52,701 nt of DNA from Thainema sp. (GTDB taxonomy: Bacteria > Cyanobacteriota > Cyanobacteriia > Phormidesmidales > Phormidesmidaceae): assembly GCA_052168235.1 (NCBI GenBank), contig JBQLZK010000053.1:1-52701 (forward strand), written 5' to 3'. Position 1 is the stretch's first letter; every line of letters begins with the position of its first letter. Below, one piece after another: positions 1-9,905 of the stretch. Under the pieces are notes generated by a model that was not told the DNA's origin, made no database searches, and was given only the letters and a program-made list of their open reading frames with translations. A program made the translations under genes and the position numbers.

Positions 1-95
1 TTGAGAAAGCCTTCATGTATGGTTACTGTTCATGTCCTGTTTGAGTTTGCTGTAGGCGTAGTGTGCCTATCCCCACAGTATTAAAACCTTATGGA

Positions 96-500
96 TTATC
101 GCGATGGAGGATAGGTTTGTTGAGCCGCTTTCGCGTCTGCATCTTCGTCTAGATTCAAATTATCCTTCATCGTTTCGGTAATCTCATCAAGATTGAGTCG
201 TTCTCGCAACGTTTCGTTGTCTGCATTTTCGCCATTAACCTCACGGCTGCCAGAGACACGGCTTTGCCATTCGCGGCGTTGCTCCATCTTTTCGCTGTAC
301 GCCTCTTTGCCCAGGGGGTTGTCGGACGTGGTATCTGCTGCACCCAACACCACAATAGATGGAGTAACGGCATGGAACGATGCGGCCAATGCGGCTGGTT
401 GAGTGAAGCTAAACAGCATGGCAACGCCAGCCAGCAACACGAAAAAACGTTTGGCGATCGCCCGTAATGAAAGAAATACTTGATTTGTCATAAAATCCAC
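96..500 (-). CDS. Hypothetical exported protein
   Basis: 134-aa ORF with a hydrophobic signal-peptide-like N-terminus (FFVLLAGVAMLFSFTQPAALA) and a charged C-terminus. Confidence 0.6.
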   Translation of the reverse strand: MDFMTNQVFLSLRAIAKRFFVLLAGVAMLFSFTQPAALAASFHAVTPSIVVLGAADTTSDNPLGKEAYSEKMEQRREWQSRVSGSREVNGENADNETLRERLNLDEITETMKDNLNLDEDADAKAAQQTYPPSR

Positions 501-628
501 CGTTCAAGTAAATAAATTGAAGTCAGAAATTGTAGGGATACAACTTCAGCAGCATAAACAAATGCTTACGCGCTTACTTCTCTCATAAGACATAAACGGA
601 AGGTATAGACTACATTATGCTGAGATCG

Positions 629-1270
629 CTACGACCGACGTTCCAAAATCTTTCGAATATTAGGAAGAGCGGCTTCAATTGCTTCGGGACTAGCAATCGT
701 TTGCTGCCAACTCTTTCGCTCAGTCAGCCGCTCTGACCAAGCCTTTAAGTTTGGATAATCTTCCAAAGGAAGGGAAGGCACTAATGTTCCAGCCACAACT
801 TCTGCCAATGTAAACTTATCTCCTGCAAAGTACGTCTGTTCATTGAGTAACTCTTCAAAGAAATGCAAGATACTTGTTACTCGTTGTTGGGCCACCTCAA
901 ACTTTTGAGGGTCAACTTCTAGGCCGACCAAAGGCCGAGTTAAAGGAATCGTAGCAGGTTGAAGTTCAACAACTGTAATTGTTTCAATCATCCGCACAAC
1001 AGCGACTGCTTCAGGTTCGCTAGGCATTAATGATGGAGTTGGATACTTTGTCTCTAGATAGTCCAAAATTGCTAGTGACTCAACAACTCGCAATCCGCCA
1101 TCTACGATTGCAGGAACTCGCTGCAGCGGATTAACTGCTGTGAAATCGTCATGAAACTGATCTCCATTTAAGTTCACCAAAATCGGCTCAAAGGGAACTT
1201 GCTTTTCCAGCAATGTGACCCAAACTCGACGAGCATTAACAGAAACCGGATTGTAATAAAATTTCAGCAT
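629..1270 (-). CDS. Glutathione S-transferase family protein
   Basis: GST N-domain motifs (NPLQRVPAIVDGG, VVESLAILDYL) and C-domain YFAGDKFTLAE. Confidence 0.93.
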   Translation of the reverse strand: MLKFYYNPVSVNARRVWVTLLEKQVPFEPILVNLNGDQFHDDFTAVNPLQRVPAIVDGGLRVVESLAILDYLETKYPTPSLMPSEPEAVAVVRMIETITVVELQPATIPLTRPLVGLEVDPQKFEVAQQRVTSILHFFEELLNEQTYFAGDKFTLAEVVAGTLVPSLPLEDYPNLKAWSERLTERKSWQQTIASPEAIEAALPNIRKILERRS

Positions 1271-1473
1271 TAAACCTCCTATTCTTCAATTAAAAAAGAT
1301 CATTTGATAACTACATTAAATTGATTATGCGTTTCTCAGAAATAACCATAAAAATACTTCTTAAGCATCTCAGACTATCTTAATTGCTTCACATTGGCAG
1401 GCAAACTTTAAGTAACAACTTTGCCAAGGAACAAGCGGTATAACGACTGTTTAGAAGAAAACAGTCTACCTCA

Positions 1474-1745
1474 TCAATTAGAAACGAAAAGGAAAGGAAA
1501 GGAACCACATACAACCACTACCAGGCCCAGCTTGAACGTGCCAGGATACGGCTCAAACTGATCGAATACGTCTGCGATCGCACTAGCGGCTACCGCATCC
1601 ATCGCCAGCAGCGTATCAAGCAGTTGGGGAAGCCCATTGGATTCAGTACGACCTGCGGAGGCAGCTCAAGATCCGAAGTATCCGCATTGATCATGATTTC
1701 AAGATAAATGCGAATCTTGCTCCTACTCAAACTGTGAGGAATCAT
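1474..1745 (-). pseudogene. Possible frameshifted fragment of a conserved hypothetical protein
   Basis: Two adjacent frames join near 1630 into a protein-like sequence (YLEIMINADTSDLELPPQVVLNPMG / LPQLLDTLLAMDAVAASAIADVFDQFEPYPGTFKLGLVV); family resemblance is from memory only. Confidence 0.3.
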
Positions 1746-1838
1746 TCCAGACCTTCTACCTTTTACTAGATGCGCTTTCCTCTCGCTAGGCAATAATATA
1801 AAGCCTGCTTTTAGCAAAAACGGCTTGGCTTTATACCC

Positions 1839-3029
1839 ATGAAAATAAATTTCAGCGCGATTCTGAATCAAAAGCGTGACACGCTGATTGAGCGATGGGT
1901 GGAGGCCGTTTTTGACGATCAACAGATTGAAGCGACCGACGAGTTAACGTTTAATGCGGTGCGGGATAGCCTGCCAAAGGTGTTGGATTCTCTGGCTATG
2001 ATGCTAGTTCCCGATCAGCATGAGACTTTTCAGGCCATTGATGAAGCGAGCTTAGAACATGGGGTGCTGCGGGCCGAGCAGGGGTTCGAGCCAGCCGAAA
2101 TTGCCCGCGAGTATCGTCTGCTGCGGTCTGTGATTTTCTCAGAACTGGAGGCTGATCTACTACAGGCGTCTGCGGAGGATGTGCTGTGGGCGACACGGCT
2201 AATTGATACGGTAGTTGACGAAGCGATCGCAAATTGCTTTAACAGCTATACCCAAGGCCGCATCGAAGAGTTTGAAAAGCTGAAAGCCCAGTTGCAGCTG
2301 ACGAATCAGGAACTGACTCGCCTGGTCTGGGCTAGCCACGACAACATGCTGAAGCTGACCCACGAGCTGAAAACGCCGCTGGCCTCGATTATTGGCTATG
2401 CCGACTTGTTTCTGCGCCAGCAAGAAATTGACCCGAACGAGTCTTACACCCATCTAGAAAGCATTGAGCGGGTATTACGCAGTGGACGACTGCTGCTGCG
2501 GCTGATTAACGATACATTGCAACTCCAGCAGTCTACGGGGCAGATCACGCTGCAGATCGTATCGATGGCTCCGGACGATCTGATTCAGTCGGTGATTGAA
2601 ATTGTGGAACCGCTGGCCCGTAATAAAAAATTGGAGCTGAAGGTAAACTGCGATCGCGCTCCCCAGATCGTGCAAACCGACCCGCTGCGCCTCCAGCAAA
2701 TTCTCACCAATCTACTGAGCAACGCCATTCGCTATACCGAAAGTGGCTATGTCACTGTTTCTGTTGAAACCCTTGAGGATCACCGCTGGTCAATTGCCGT
2801 CAGCGATAGCGGTATTGGTCTGACTCAGGATGAGCAAAAACAGATTTTTGAACCCTATTTTCGCGTGGGCGACGTTCCGCTTGCCGAACATGAACAGGGT
2901 ACAGGATTAGGACTGGCCGTTGTTTCACAACTGGTGGATTTAATGCAGGGTGAAATTCTGGTGTCCTCCCAATCCGGCCAAGGCTCAACGTTTACAGTAA
3001 TCTTTCCCATTAAACAAGCAGACCTGTAG
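1839..3029 (+). CDS. Cytoplasmic sensor histidine kinase with an RsbRD_N-like N-terminal domain
   Basis: H-box THELKTPL, N-box QILTNLLSNAIRYT, G1 DSGIG, G2 GTGLGL; N-terminal EHGVLRAEQGF motif. Confidence 0.92.
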   Translation: MKINFSAILNQKRDTLIERWVEAVFDDQQIEATDELTFNAVRDSLPKVLDSLAMMLVPDQHETFQAIDEASLEHGVLRAEQGFEPAEIAREYRLLRSVIFSELEADLLQASAEDVLWATRLIDTVVDEAIANCFNSYTQGRIEEFEKLKAQLQLTNQELTRLVWASHDNMLKLTHELKTPLASIIGYADLFLRQQEIDPNESYTHLESIERVLRSGRLLLRLINDTLQLQQSTGQITLQIVSMAPDDLIQSVIEIVEPLARNKKLELKVNCDRAPQIVQTDPLRLQQILTNLLSNAIRYTESGYVTVSVETLEDHRWSIAVSDSGIGLTQDEQKQIFEPYFRVGDVPLAEHEQGTGLGLAVVSQLVDLMQGEILVSSQSGQGSTFTVIFPIKQADL

Positions 3030-3063
3030 CCATCAAACTTTGTTGGAAATAAAGTTTTTGGGG

Positions 3064-3114
3064 TCAGAAATTATTTTGTAGCGCGGCTCCGCCGCGCTAC
3101 AAAATAATTTCTGA
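3064..3114. repeat. 24-bp perfect hairpin between convergent genes (REP-like or bidirectional terminator)
   Basis: TCAGAAATTATTTTGTAGCGCGGC-tcc-GCCGCGCTACAAAATAATTTCTGA. Confidence 0.8.
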
Positions 3115-3262
3115 TAAAATCTATCGTCATTGGGGTTGAGACTTTTACACAATTGGTTCAAACGATTTAAACGCGTTAGGGGCAAGCCCGTCGGCTCACC
3201 CCTACTGTTGTGATCTTTGCTGCGATCTTTGCGATAGCTATGCACAACTGCGTTACCAGAGA

Positions 3263-3886
3263 TTACTGATAGATTTCTTGCACACCCAAGCGGGATGCCA
3301 GTGCATTTTGCAGTGTTTCAGGTAGGAGAACCCGATTCACAGCATGAATGACGCCGTTGCTTGCCTGGATATCAGCATTGACAACGCTGGCATTGTTAAC
3401 AATGACCCGACCATCATCGGTGACGAGGACGGCTAATCCGCCACCAACGGCCTCGACTGGCCCACTGGTGATTTCGCTAGCCGTTACTTCACCGGGAACC
3501 ACGTGGTAAGTAAGAACCTGCTGGAGCAAGTCTTGATTTTCGGGCTGGAGCAAGTAGTCTAATGCACCATCCGGCAGTTGGCTAAAGGCTTCATCGGTCG
3601 GTGCAAAGACAGTGTAAGGTCCTTCACCAGATAACGTATCCACTAGTCCGGCTGCCTGTGCAGCCTGTACTAGCGTGTTGAATGATTCACTACCAGACGC
3701 CACGTCTACGATCGTGTTAGACGCTGTAGTGTCGGACTGATTCATCTCCATCTGCTGCACGGTGCTGGATGAACCAGATGAACTCGTATGATTGTCGGCT
3801 AAGGTAGGAGCAGTCATCAGAACACCTGAACCCGCCACACCTGCAATCATCGCTAGCCTTACGGCTGTTTGAGTTAAAAATTTCAT
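3263..3886 (-). CDS. Fasciclin (FAS1) domain protein, secreted
   Basis: YTVFAPTDEAF, VLTYHVV and SNGVIHAVNRVLLP motifs; signal peptide. Confidence 0.95.
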   Translation of the reverse strand: MKFLTQTAVRLAMIAGVAGSGVLMTAPTLADNHTSSSGSSSTVQQMEMNQSDTTASNTIVDVASGSESFNTLVQAAQAAGLVDTLSGEGPYTVFAPTDEAFSQLPDGALDYLLQPENQDLLQQVLTYHVVPGEVTASEITSGPVEAVGGGLAVLVTDDGRVIVNNASVVNADIQASNGVIHAVNRVLLPETLQNALASRLGVQEIYQ

Positions 3887-3990
3887 ACTGAATTGTTGCT
3901 TAATCTTCAGTATTAAGATTAGTAAACAAAAATTCAGAATTCCTCTTTCTATCTGACTAGATTTGCGAAATTAGCTTTGTTCAGTTGATG

Positions 3991-4605
3991 CTATCGAATT
4001 AGGCGAAGACCAGAATTGTATTTTTCAAAAATTGGCAGCATTTTGGTTTCATCAGCACACAAAAATCCTTCTGCTTCTTCAGGTCTACCGCCCTCTTCTT
4101 CATCTACTTTTCCGATATAATAAGCTCCAGATTCACAGTATTCAGCAAGCGTGAGCATCATATTTGTTAAACTTGTGTACATTAGCTCTAGATCACCTTC
4201 AGCTGCAATGTCGATGACGGGTGAATGAGTTTGTTGTTCTTGATCTAACAAAACCGCACAAAAAGAACAGTTATTTCGTAGAAACGGAAACAGCATTTTC
4301 CCTTCAAATAAGAATGGATGCTCTTCACCAAATCCCTTTAGAATGCCTTTACATACTTTGACTGCTTCATCCAGCGGATCAAAACCCAAAGCAGGATATA
4401 CAACTACCTGAATATCTTCTTCGCTCGCACCGTTTCTCCACTGATAGAGTTCGTACATTTCTTCAGGTAAGTTTCCCGGTAACCCAGAGACTTTTGCCTC
4501 AATTTCTTCTCGGGACAAACCAGGCAAAAATGTATCTGCATAATCAGGCTTATACTGCTTTAGCCAAACCAGAATTTTATCTAGAGCTTCAGTTAGTTCA
4601 GACAT
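3991..4605 (-). CDS. SMI1/KNR4 (SUKH) family protein
   Basis: PGLSREEI...LPEEMYELYQWRNG pattern; probable ATG start at 4605 (MSELTEAL). Confidence 0.82.
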   Translation of the reverse strand: MSELTEALDKILVWLKQYKPDYADTFLPGLSREEIEAKVSGLPGNLPEEMYELYQWRNGASEEDIQVVVYPALGFDPLDEAVKVCKGILKGFGEEHPFLFEGKMLFPFLRNNCSFCAVLLDQEQQTHSPVIDIAAEGDLELMYTSLTNMMLTLAEYCESGAYYIGKVDEEEGGRPEEAEGFLCADETKMLPIFEKYNSGLRLIR

Positions 4606-4728
4606 ATCAAGCAGCACAGCTACTGCTGGCAGAAACTTTCAACCTTAGTTTAAGTGCCAGAAATAATTTAGTGCAAGCATACTAAGCTGAACAACCAGCT
4701 TAGATGACTGACTGAAAATGTAAGAGAG

Positions 4729-5694
4729 TTAAGACGCAAATTTCCACATGACTGGATCTTGATCAAGCTGATCCGTCACTAGACGGCTAAACCGATCCAT
4801 TTCTGCCAAATCTTCATCAGACAGCTTGATGTTAGCCGCTTTGGCGTTTTCGGTTGCCTGCTCCGGTTTGCGGGCACCAACGATTGCATTGCTGTTGGGC
4901 TGAGCGATTAGCCAAGCTAAAGCCAAACACGTGAGGCTGGTGTCGTACTTTTCGGCGATAGGTCGCAGTTGATCCAAAGCCTGCTGCGCTTTTTGGTAGG
5001 TTTCGCCCTGGAAAAGCTTGTTTTTGGAGCGGATATCGTCTTTTTCAAATTTGTGGTCAGGGCCAAATTTACCCGTCAGTAAGCCTTGCGCCAGCGATGA
5101 GTAGGCAATGATTGAGATGCCGTGATCGATACAGTAGGGCATCGCATCCTGCTCAAACTGTCGCCAGAATAGAGAATAAGGCGGCTGGATGCTGTCAATT
5201 TGGCCGTACTGAGCTGCTTCCGTAATCTGATCGCGCGAGAAGTTGGAAACGCCGATGGCGCGAATTTTGCCGTCGTCTTTCAGCTTATTCAAGGCGCGCA
5301 TGGTTTCTTCGACAGGCACAACATCACTATTGAATGAGCCGGAGGGCCAGTGGATTTGGTACAGGTCAATATAGTCGGTCTGTAAGCGCTTTAGCGACCC
5401 TTCACAGGCTTCAATCACTTGGTCGTATTTGAGATGGTTGGCAAATACTTTGGTGGCGAGAACAACGCGATCGCGCACGTCCGACAGCGCTTTGGCGACC
5501 AGTTTTTCAGAATAGCCATCGCCATAAACCTCAGCCGTATCAAACGTGGTGACACCCGCATCAAACGCGGCCTTCATCGCATCAATCACGGGTTGGTCTT
5601 CTACCCCTACCCAGCCGGACTTGCCCGCCTGCCAGGTACCCATGATGATCGGCGTGATTTGGATGTCGGAGTGTCCCAGCGATCTCAGTTCCAT
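4729..5694 (-). CDS. Aldo/keto reductase
   Basis: FDTAEVYG, IDLYQIHWP and GKIRAIGVSNF motifs. Confidence 0.96.
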   Translation of the reverse strand: MELRSLGHSDIQITPIIMGTWQAGKSGWVGVEDQPVIDAMKAAFDAGVTTFDTAEVYGDGYSEKLVAKALSDVRDRVVLATKVFANHLKYDQVIEACEGSLKRLQTDYIDLYQIHWPSGSFNSDVVPVEETMRALNKLKDDGKIRAIGVSNFSRDQITEAAQYGQIDSIQPPYSLFWRQFEQDAMPYCIDHGISIIAYSSLAQGLLTGKFGPDHKFEKDDIRSKNKLFQGETYQKAQQALDQLRPIAEKYDTSLTCLALAWLIAQPNSNAIVGARKPEQATENAKAANIKLSDEDLAEMDRFSRLVTDQLDQDPVMWKFAS

Positions 5695-5911
5695 GTTGGC
5701 CCTTCCTTATATCAGCAATAGTTTCTATTGTGCTGAGATTGGCTGCGATCGCAACTCTATCGCGGGATAGTCTCCCTTTTCTGTTCATCAATAAATTTTG
5801 GGATACATTCCGCGATTTTACGGTTGCTGGTGGGAATTCTGATGTCGCGGGTTCATCTAGACAGTCAGTCCCAATCGGTCAGCATACCCCATCACGCTAG
5901 GAGTTAGAGCC

Positions 5912-7678
5912 ATGACGGTAGTTGCCAAGCCGCAGCGGCAGATTTCCATTGGCCTCAAAATTTTTGGTATTGCAACCAGTCTTTTAGGACTGTTGCTGCT
6001 GGTGGTTTACGTATCGTCGAATCGGCTGCGGCGAGTCAATGAAGAAATTTCTGGCATGGCTGACTACGTGATTCCGATTACGGATCTGGTAGCAACCATT
6101 GACGTACATGCCCTGGAACAAGAACTGCACTTTGAACGAGTCTTGAAACTGTACGAAATTGAACCAGCCGACGGAGAAGCACTACGGCACAGACGGCATA
6201 TTTTCATGGAGCGTCAGCGGTTTGAAGAGCGAGGACAGCTTGTTGATCAGGAATTAGCCAAAGCTGAAGCCTTGATGAAAGATGCGATCGCACATGCCCA
6301 CCTGGCGACCAATCGGCAAGAATGGCTCAAACTAGAACCTCGAATTGAGCAAATCGAGCAGGAACATCAAGACTTTCACGACCACGCCATTCGACTCCTA
6401 AAGCTTTATGACCGCAAACCTGAAAAAGCTCGCGCTTTTATTAGTCAACTGCAAACCGAGGAAGCCGATTTTAACCGCGAAATTGAAGAAATTTTGCTGG
6501 AGCTAGAAGCCTTCACCGTCGAAGCGGCCCGTTCCGGCCAATCTCACCAGCAAATTGTCCAAAACCTCAGCTTGTCCGTCGCCATGATTGCCACTGTGTT
6601 TGGCTTGTTCTACGCCTCCGCCGTAACGCTTGGCCTGGTTCGCCCCGTACGGAAGTTAACCCACAGCCTGCAAAACATCCGGGCTGGCGACCTCGATACC
6701 GACCTATCCATTTCGACCCGTGATGAAGTTGGCATCCTGGCCCAGTCGTTCAGAGCAATGGTGGCAGAACTGCGGCTGAAGCAGAATCTACAAGACACCT
6801 TTGGCAAATACGTTGACCCCCGCGTCGTCCAGCGCCTTGTCAATCCCAGCGACCTGACAACAGCCCAGGGTGAACGCCAGGTCATGACCGTGTTCTTTGC
6901 AGACGTAGAAGGATTTGATGCGATCGCAGCTACCCTATCCCCATCCCAACTGGTAAAGCTGACCAACCAATATCTCACCCTGATGTCCGCGCCCATCTCA
7001 GATCATGCCGGCGTCATCGACAAATTCATCGGCACAATAATCATGGGCTTCTGGGGTGCTCCCTTCACCAGCGAAACCGAACATGCGATCGCAGCTTGCA
7101 AAACCGCCTTAGCCCAAATCAACAAGCTGCCTGTACTCCGCGAATTTGTCAGCCAATTCTGTCCCGACAGCGCCATTCTCGATGCACTCGACCTGCACAT
7201 CGGCATCACCACAGGTTCCCTCGTCGTCGGCAACATGGGTTCAGACTCCTCCAAGTCCTACACCGTCATGGGCGACACCGTAAACACCGCCTCCCGCCTC
7301 AAAGGAGCCAGCAAGCAATACGGCGTCCGTATTCTCATTACCCAAGAAACCCGCAACCAGCTTACAGACGAGTTCATTACCCGCGAACTCGATCGCATCC
7401 AAGTCGTCGGCAAACAAGAACCCATCCAGATTTACCAACTCCTCGGCTCGCAAGACTCCATAACCGACCAGCAACATTCTCTAATCGAGACATTCCAAAG
7501 CGGCCTATTCGCCTACCGCCAGCGAGACTGGGACACCGCCCAACAGCACTTTGAACACTGCCTAACTCTCCAACCCACCGACCAACCCAGCCAAATCTAT
7601 TTGGAACGACTGTACGTTTTACGCGAGTCCCCACTAGATGAAGATTGGGACGGTGTTTGGCAATTAACCAGCAAGTAG
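5912..7678 (+). CDS. Membrane class III adenylate/guanylate cyclase (TM-periplasmic helical sensor-TM-HAMP-cyclase-TPR-like tail), lacking the second metal Asp
   Basis: FFADVEGF, DKFIGT, GNMGS, YTVMGDTVNTASRL; HAMP motif RDEVGILAQSF. Confidence 0.92.
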   Translation: MTVVAKPQRQISIGLKIFGIATSLLGLLLLVVYVSSNRLRRVNEEISGMADYVIPITDLVATIDVHALEQELHFERVLKLYEIEPADGEALRHRRHIFMERQRFEERGQLVDQELAKAEALMKDAIAHAHLATNRQEWLKLEPRIEQIEQEHQDFHDHAIRLLKLYDRKPEKARAFISQLQTEEADFNREIEEILLELEAFTVEAARSGQSHQQIVQNLSLSVAMIATVFGLFYASAVTLGLVRPVRKLTHSLQNIRAGDLDTDLSISTRDEVGILAQSFRAMVAELRLKQNLQDTFGKYVDPRVVQRLVNPSDLTTAQGERQVMTVFFADVEGFDAIAATLSPSQLVKLTNQYLTLMSAPISDHAGVIDKFIGTIIMGFWGAPFTSETEHAIAACKTALAQINKLPVLREFVSQFCPDSAILDALDLHIGITTGSLVVGNMGSDSSKSYTVMGDTVNTASRLKGASKQYGVRILITQETRNQLTDEFITRELDRIQVVGKQEPIQIYQLLGSQDSITDQQHSLIETFQSGLFAYRQRDWDTAQQHFEHCLTLQPTDQPSQIYLERLYVLRESPLDEDWDGVWQLTSK

Positions 7679-7711
7679 TGTGAGCATGCTTGATGCTTTA
7701 TTTGAGGATAT

Positions 7712-8145
7712 TGAAAACCCCGTTTGTGGGGGCGCTTGCCCCCACGCCCCCGCTGGAGGACGGTTGCGTCCCCCAGACCCCCTCCAAAAAAGCTAACGTG
7801 TTGAGTTGCAACAGCATTCTGTTACGTTCAATAGGTTTGGCGTTCCGCCAAACCCCAACAATAACACCCGATCCACCCCAGCAAAGCGAAGCGATTAAAC
7901 ACCACCCACCGATCACCTCGTCCGTGGGGGCCTGGGGCGACGGCACGCACCAGTGGGGGAGCCTGAGGGGGCTAGTCCCCTCAGAAGCAACCTTCCAACT
8001 CTAATTAAACAAACTTCCTGTTTAACCACACAATCTTTCTTAAACTACAAAATCCCGCATCGGGCGAATACCATTCACCCCTACAAATAAAAAACGCCCT
8101 AGGCAAATGCCTTTTACCCCTACAAAACCAAAACATTCACCCTAC
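7712..8145. repeat. Cluster of GC-rich REP-like palindromic elements between the two cyclase genes
   Basis: GTGGGGGCgcttGCCCCCAC, GAGGGGGctagtCCCCTC and several degenerate ...CATTCACCCCTAC-like copies. Confidence 0.6.
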
Positions 8146-8153
8146 AAAAAACC

Positions 8154-9905
8154 ATGACTCACCCCCAACCCCGATTCAAAATCCCCATCGGCCTCAAAAT
8201 CTTCAGCGTCGCTACCAGCATGCTTGCCCTCCTCCTCAGCGTCGCCTACCTCAACTACAGCCGCATCAAACGCGTCAACGACGAACTAATTGACATCGCC
8301 GAATACCTCACAACCCTCACCGAAGCCGTTGCCGCCATCAACATCCACGTCCTCGAACAAGAAATCCACTTCGAACGTGTCCTCCAACAATACGAAATGG
8401 ACACCCCCAACCCCATCCAGATTCAGCAAGAAATCGACGAATTTGAACAACGAGGACAGCAAGTTGATCAAGATATCGAACATGCGATCGCACTTGCCCA
8501 AACCGCTGTCGAGAATGGCCGCACCACCGAAGACGTGATCGAATTTGCCCGCATTCAGCCCCTACTGGAAATCCTCGCAGCCGATCACCAAAAATTTCAT
8601 GACCACAGCCTGCAAATCGTTGATTTACTCAAATCCGGCAACAAAGCTAACGCCGAGCTGCTAGATGAACGCCTAGAAGAATATGAAGATGACTTCGATC
8701 AACGCGTGCAAAGCATCTTATTTGAACTCGGCGCTTATACCGAAACCTCCGCCAAACGAGCCGAACGCCACGAACAAGAAGCCGTTCGCGCCAGTTGGGT
8801 TTTGGCCGGAGTTGCCACAGGCGTCGGTGCTGTTTTTGCCTCGCTCGTTACCTTCGGCCTGATTCGCCCCATTCGTCGCCTCGTCAAAGGCACCCGCCAA
8901 GTCGAACAGGGCGATTTCACCATTCAAGTTCCCGTCGATACCCGCGATGAGATCGCCACCCTCACCCAAGCCTTCAACGCCATGGTGAACGACGTGCGGG
9001 AAAAAGAAGCGATCAAAGCCGCTTTTGGTCAGTACGTCGATCCGCGCATCGTCGATACGCTCATGCAGCAATCGGGCGAAAACCCAATCAGCAAGCAAGA
9101 AATGACCGTTTTCTTCTCCGACATTGCTGGCTTCAGCGCCATTAGCGAACTGCTGACGCCCGAAGGACTCGTTCGCTTAATCAATCAGTACTTAACCCTC
9201 GCTTCAGAACCGATCCAGCAGCATCAGGGTGTAATTGATAAGTTTATTGGCGATGCCGTCACCGCTTTCTGGGGGCCGCCATTTGTAGCTGACACTGACC
9301 ATGCCAAACTCGCCTGCTACGCCGCCTTAGAACAATCGGCTCAGCTCACTAAGCTCCAGCGACTGATGCCCGACATCATGGGCATTCGCAAAGGCTTACC
9401 CGACATCAACATTCGCATTGGTCTTGCAACCGGAGAATTAGTCGTCGGCAACATCGGTTCCGAGCAGTCCAAGTCTTACACCGTTTTGGGTTATCCAGTA
9501 CAACTGGCCGAACAGTTAGAAAGCAGCAATAAGCACTACGGCACGACAATTCTGATTACTGAAGCAACTAAGCAACAAGCTGGAGACGTCATTGAAACCC
9601 GCGAAATAGACTGGATTGCTGCTCCCGAAAAAGGAACACCTATTCGAATTTATGAACTATTAGGCTATGGCGGTACTCTTGATGATGCAACGATGCAGTG
9701 GCGAGATACCTTCGAAGCGGCGTTACGAATGTATCGACAACAAGACTGGCAGCAAGCTCAGGAATTATTAGAAATCTGTCTGCGATCGCACCCAATCGAT
9801 CGGCCAACACAAATCTATTTAGAGCGTATTAATTACTTTCTACAAAGCCCGCCGCCCCCCAACTGGGCCGGATTATGGGATAGCTCTTACATCAGACAAA
9901 CGTAG
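8154..9905 (+). CDS. Paralogous membrane class III adenylate/guanylate cyclase, lacking the catalytic Asn/Arg
   Basis: FFSDIAGF, DKFIGDAV, GNIGS, YTVLGYPVQLAEQL; same architecture as 5912-7678. Confidence 0.92.
   Translation: MTHPQPRFKIPIGLKIFSVATSMLALLLSVAYLNYSRIKRVNDELIDIAEYLTTLTEAVAAINIHVLEQEIHFERVLQQYEMDTPNPIQIQQEIDEFEQRGQQVDQDIEHAIALAQTAVENGRTTEDVIEFARIQPLLEILAADHQKFHDHSLQIVDLLKSGNKANAELLDERLEEYEDDFDQRVQSILFELGAYTETSAKRAERHEQEAVRASWVLAGVATGVGAVFASLVTFGLIRPIRRLVKGTRQVEQGDFTIQVPVDTRDEIATLTQAFNAMVNDVREKEAIKAAFGQYVDPRIVDTLMQQSGENPISKQEMTVFFSDIAGFSAISELLTPEGLVRLINQYLTLASEPIQQHQGVIDKFIGDAVTAFWGPPFVADTDHAKLACYAALEQSAQLTKLQRLMPDIMGIRKGLPDINIRIGLATGELVVGNIGSEQSKSYTVLGYPVQLAEQLESSNKHYGTTILITEATKQQAGDVIETREIDWIAAPEKGTPIRIYELLGYGGTLDDATMQWRDTFEAALRMYRQQDWQQAQELLEICLRSHPIDRPTQIYLERINYFLQSPPPPNWAGLWDSSYIRQT

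Noticed and set aside
7690..8004. ORFs 7690-8004 (+) and 7698-7946 (-)
   Set aside because: They run through REP-like palindromes and have no recognisable protein motifs.
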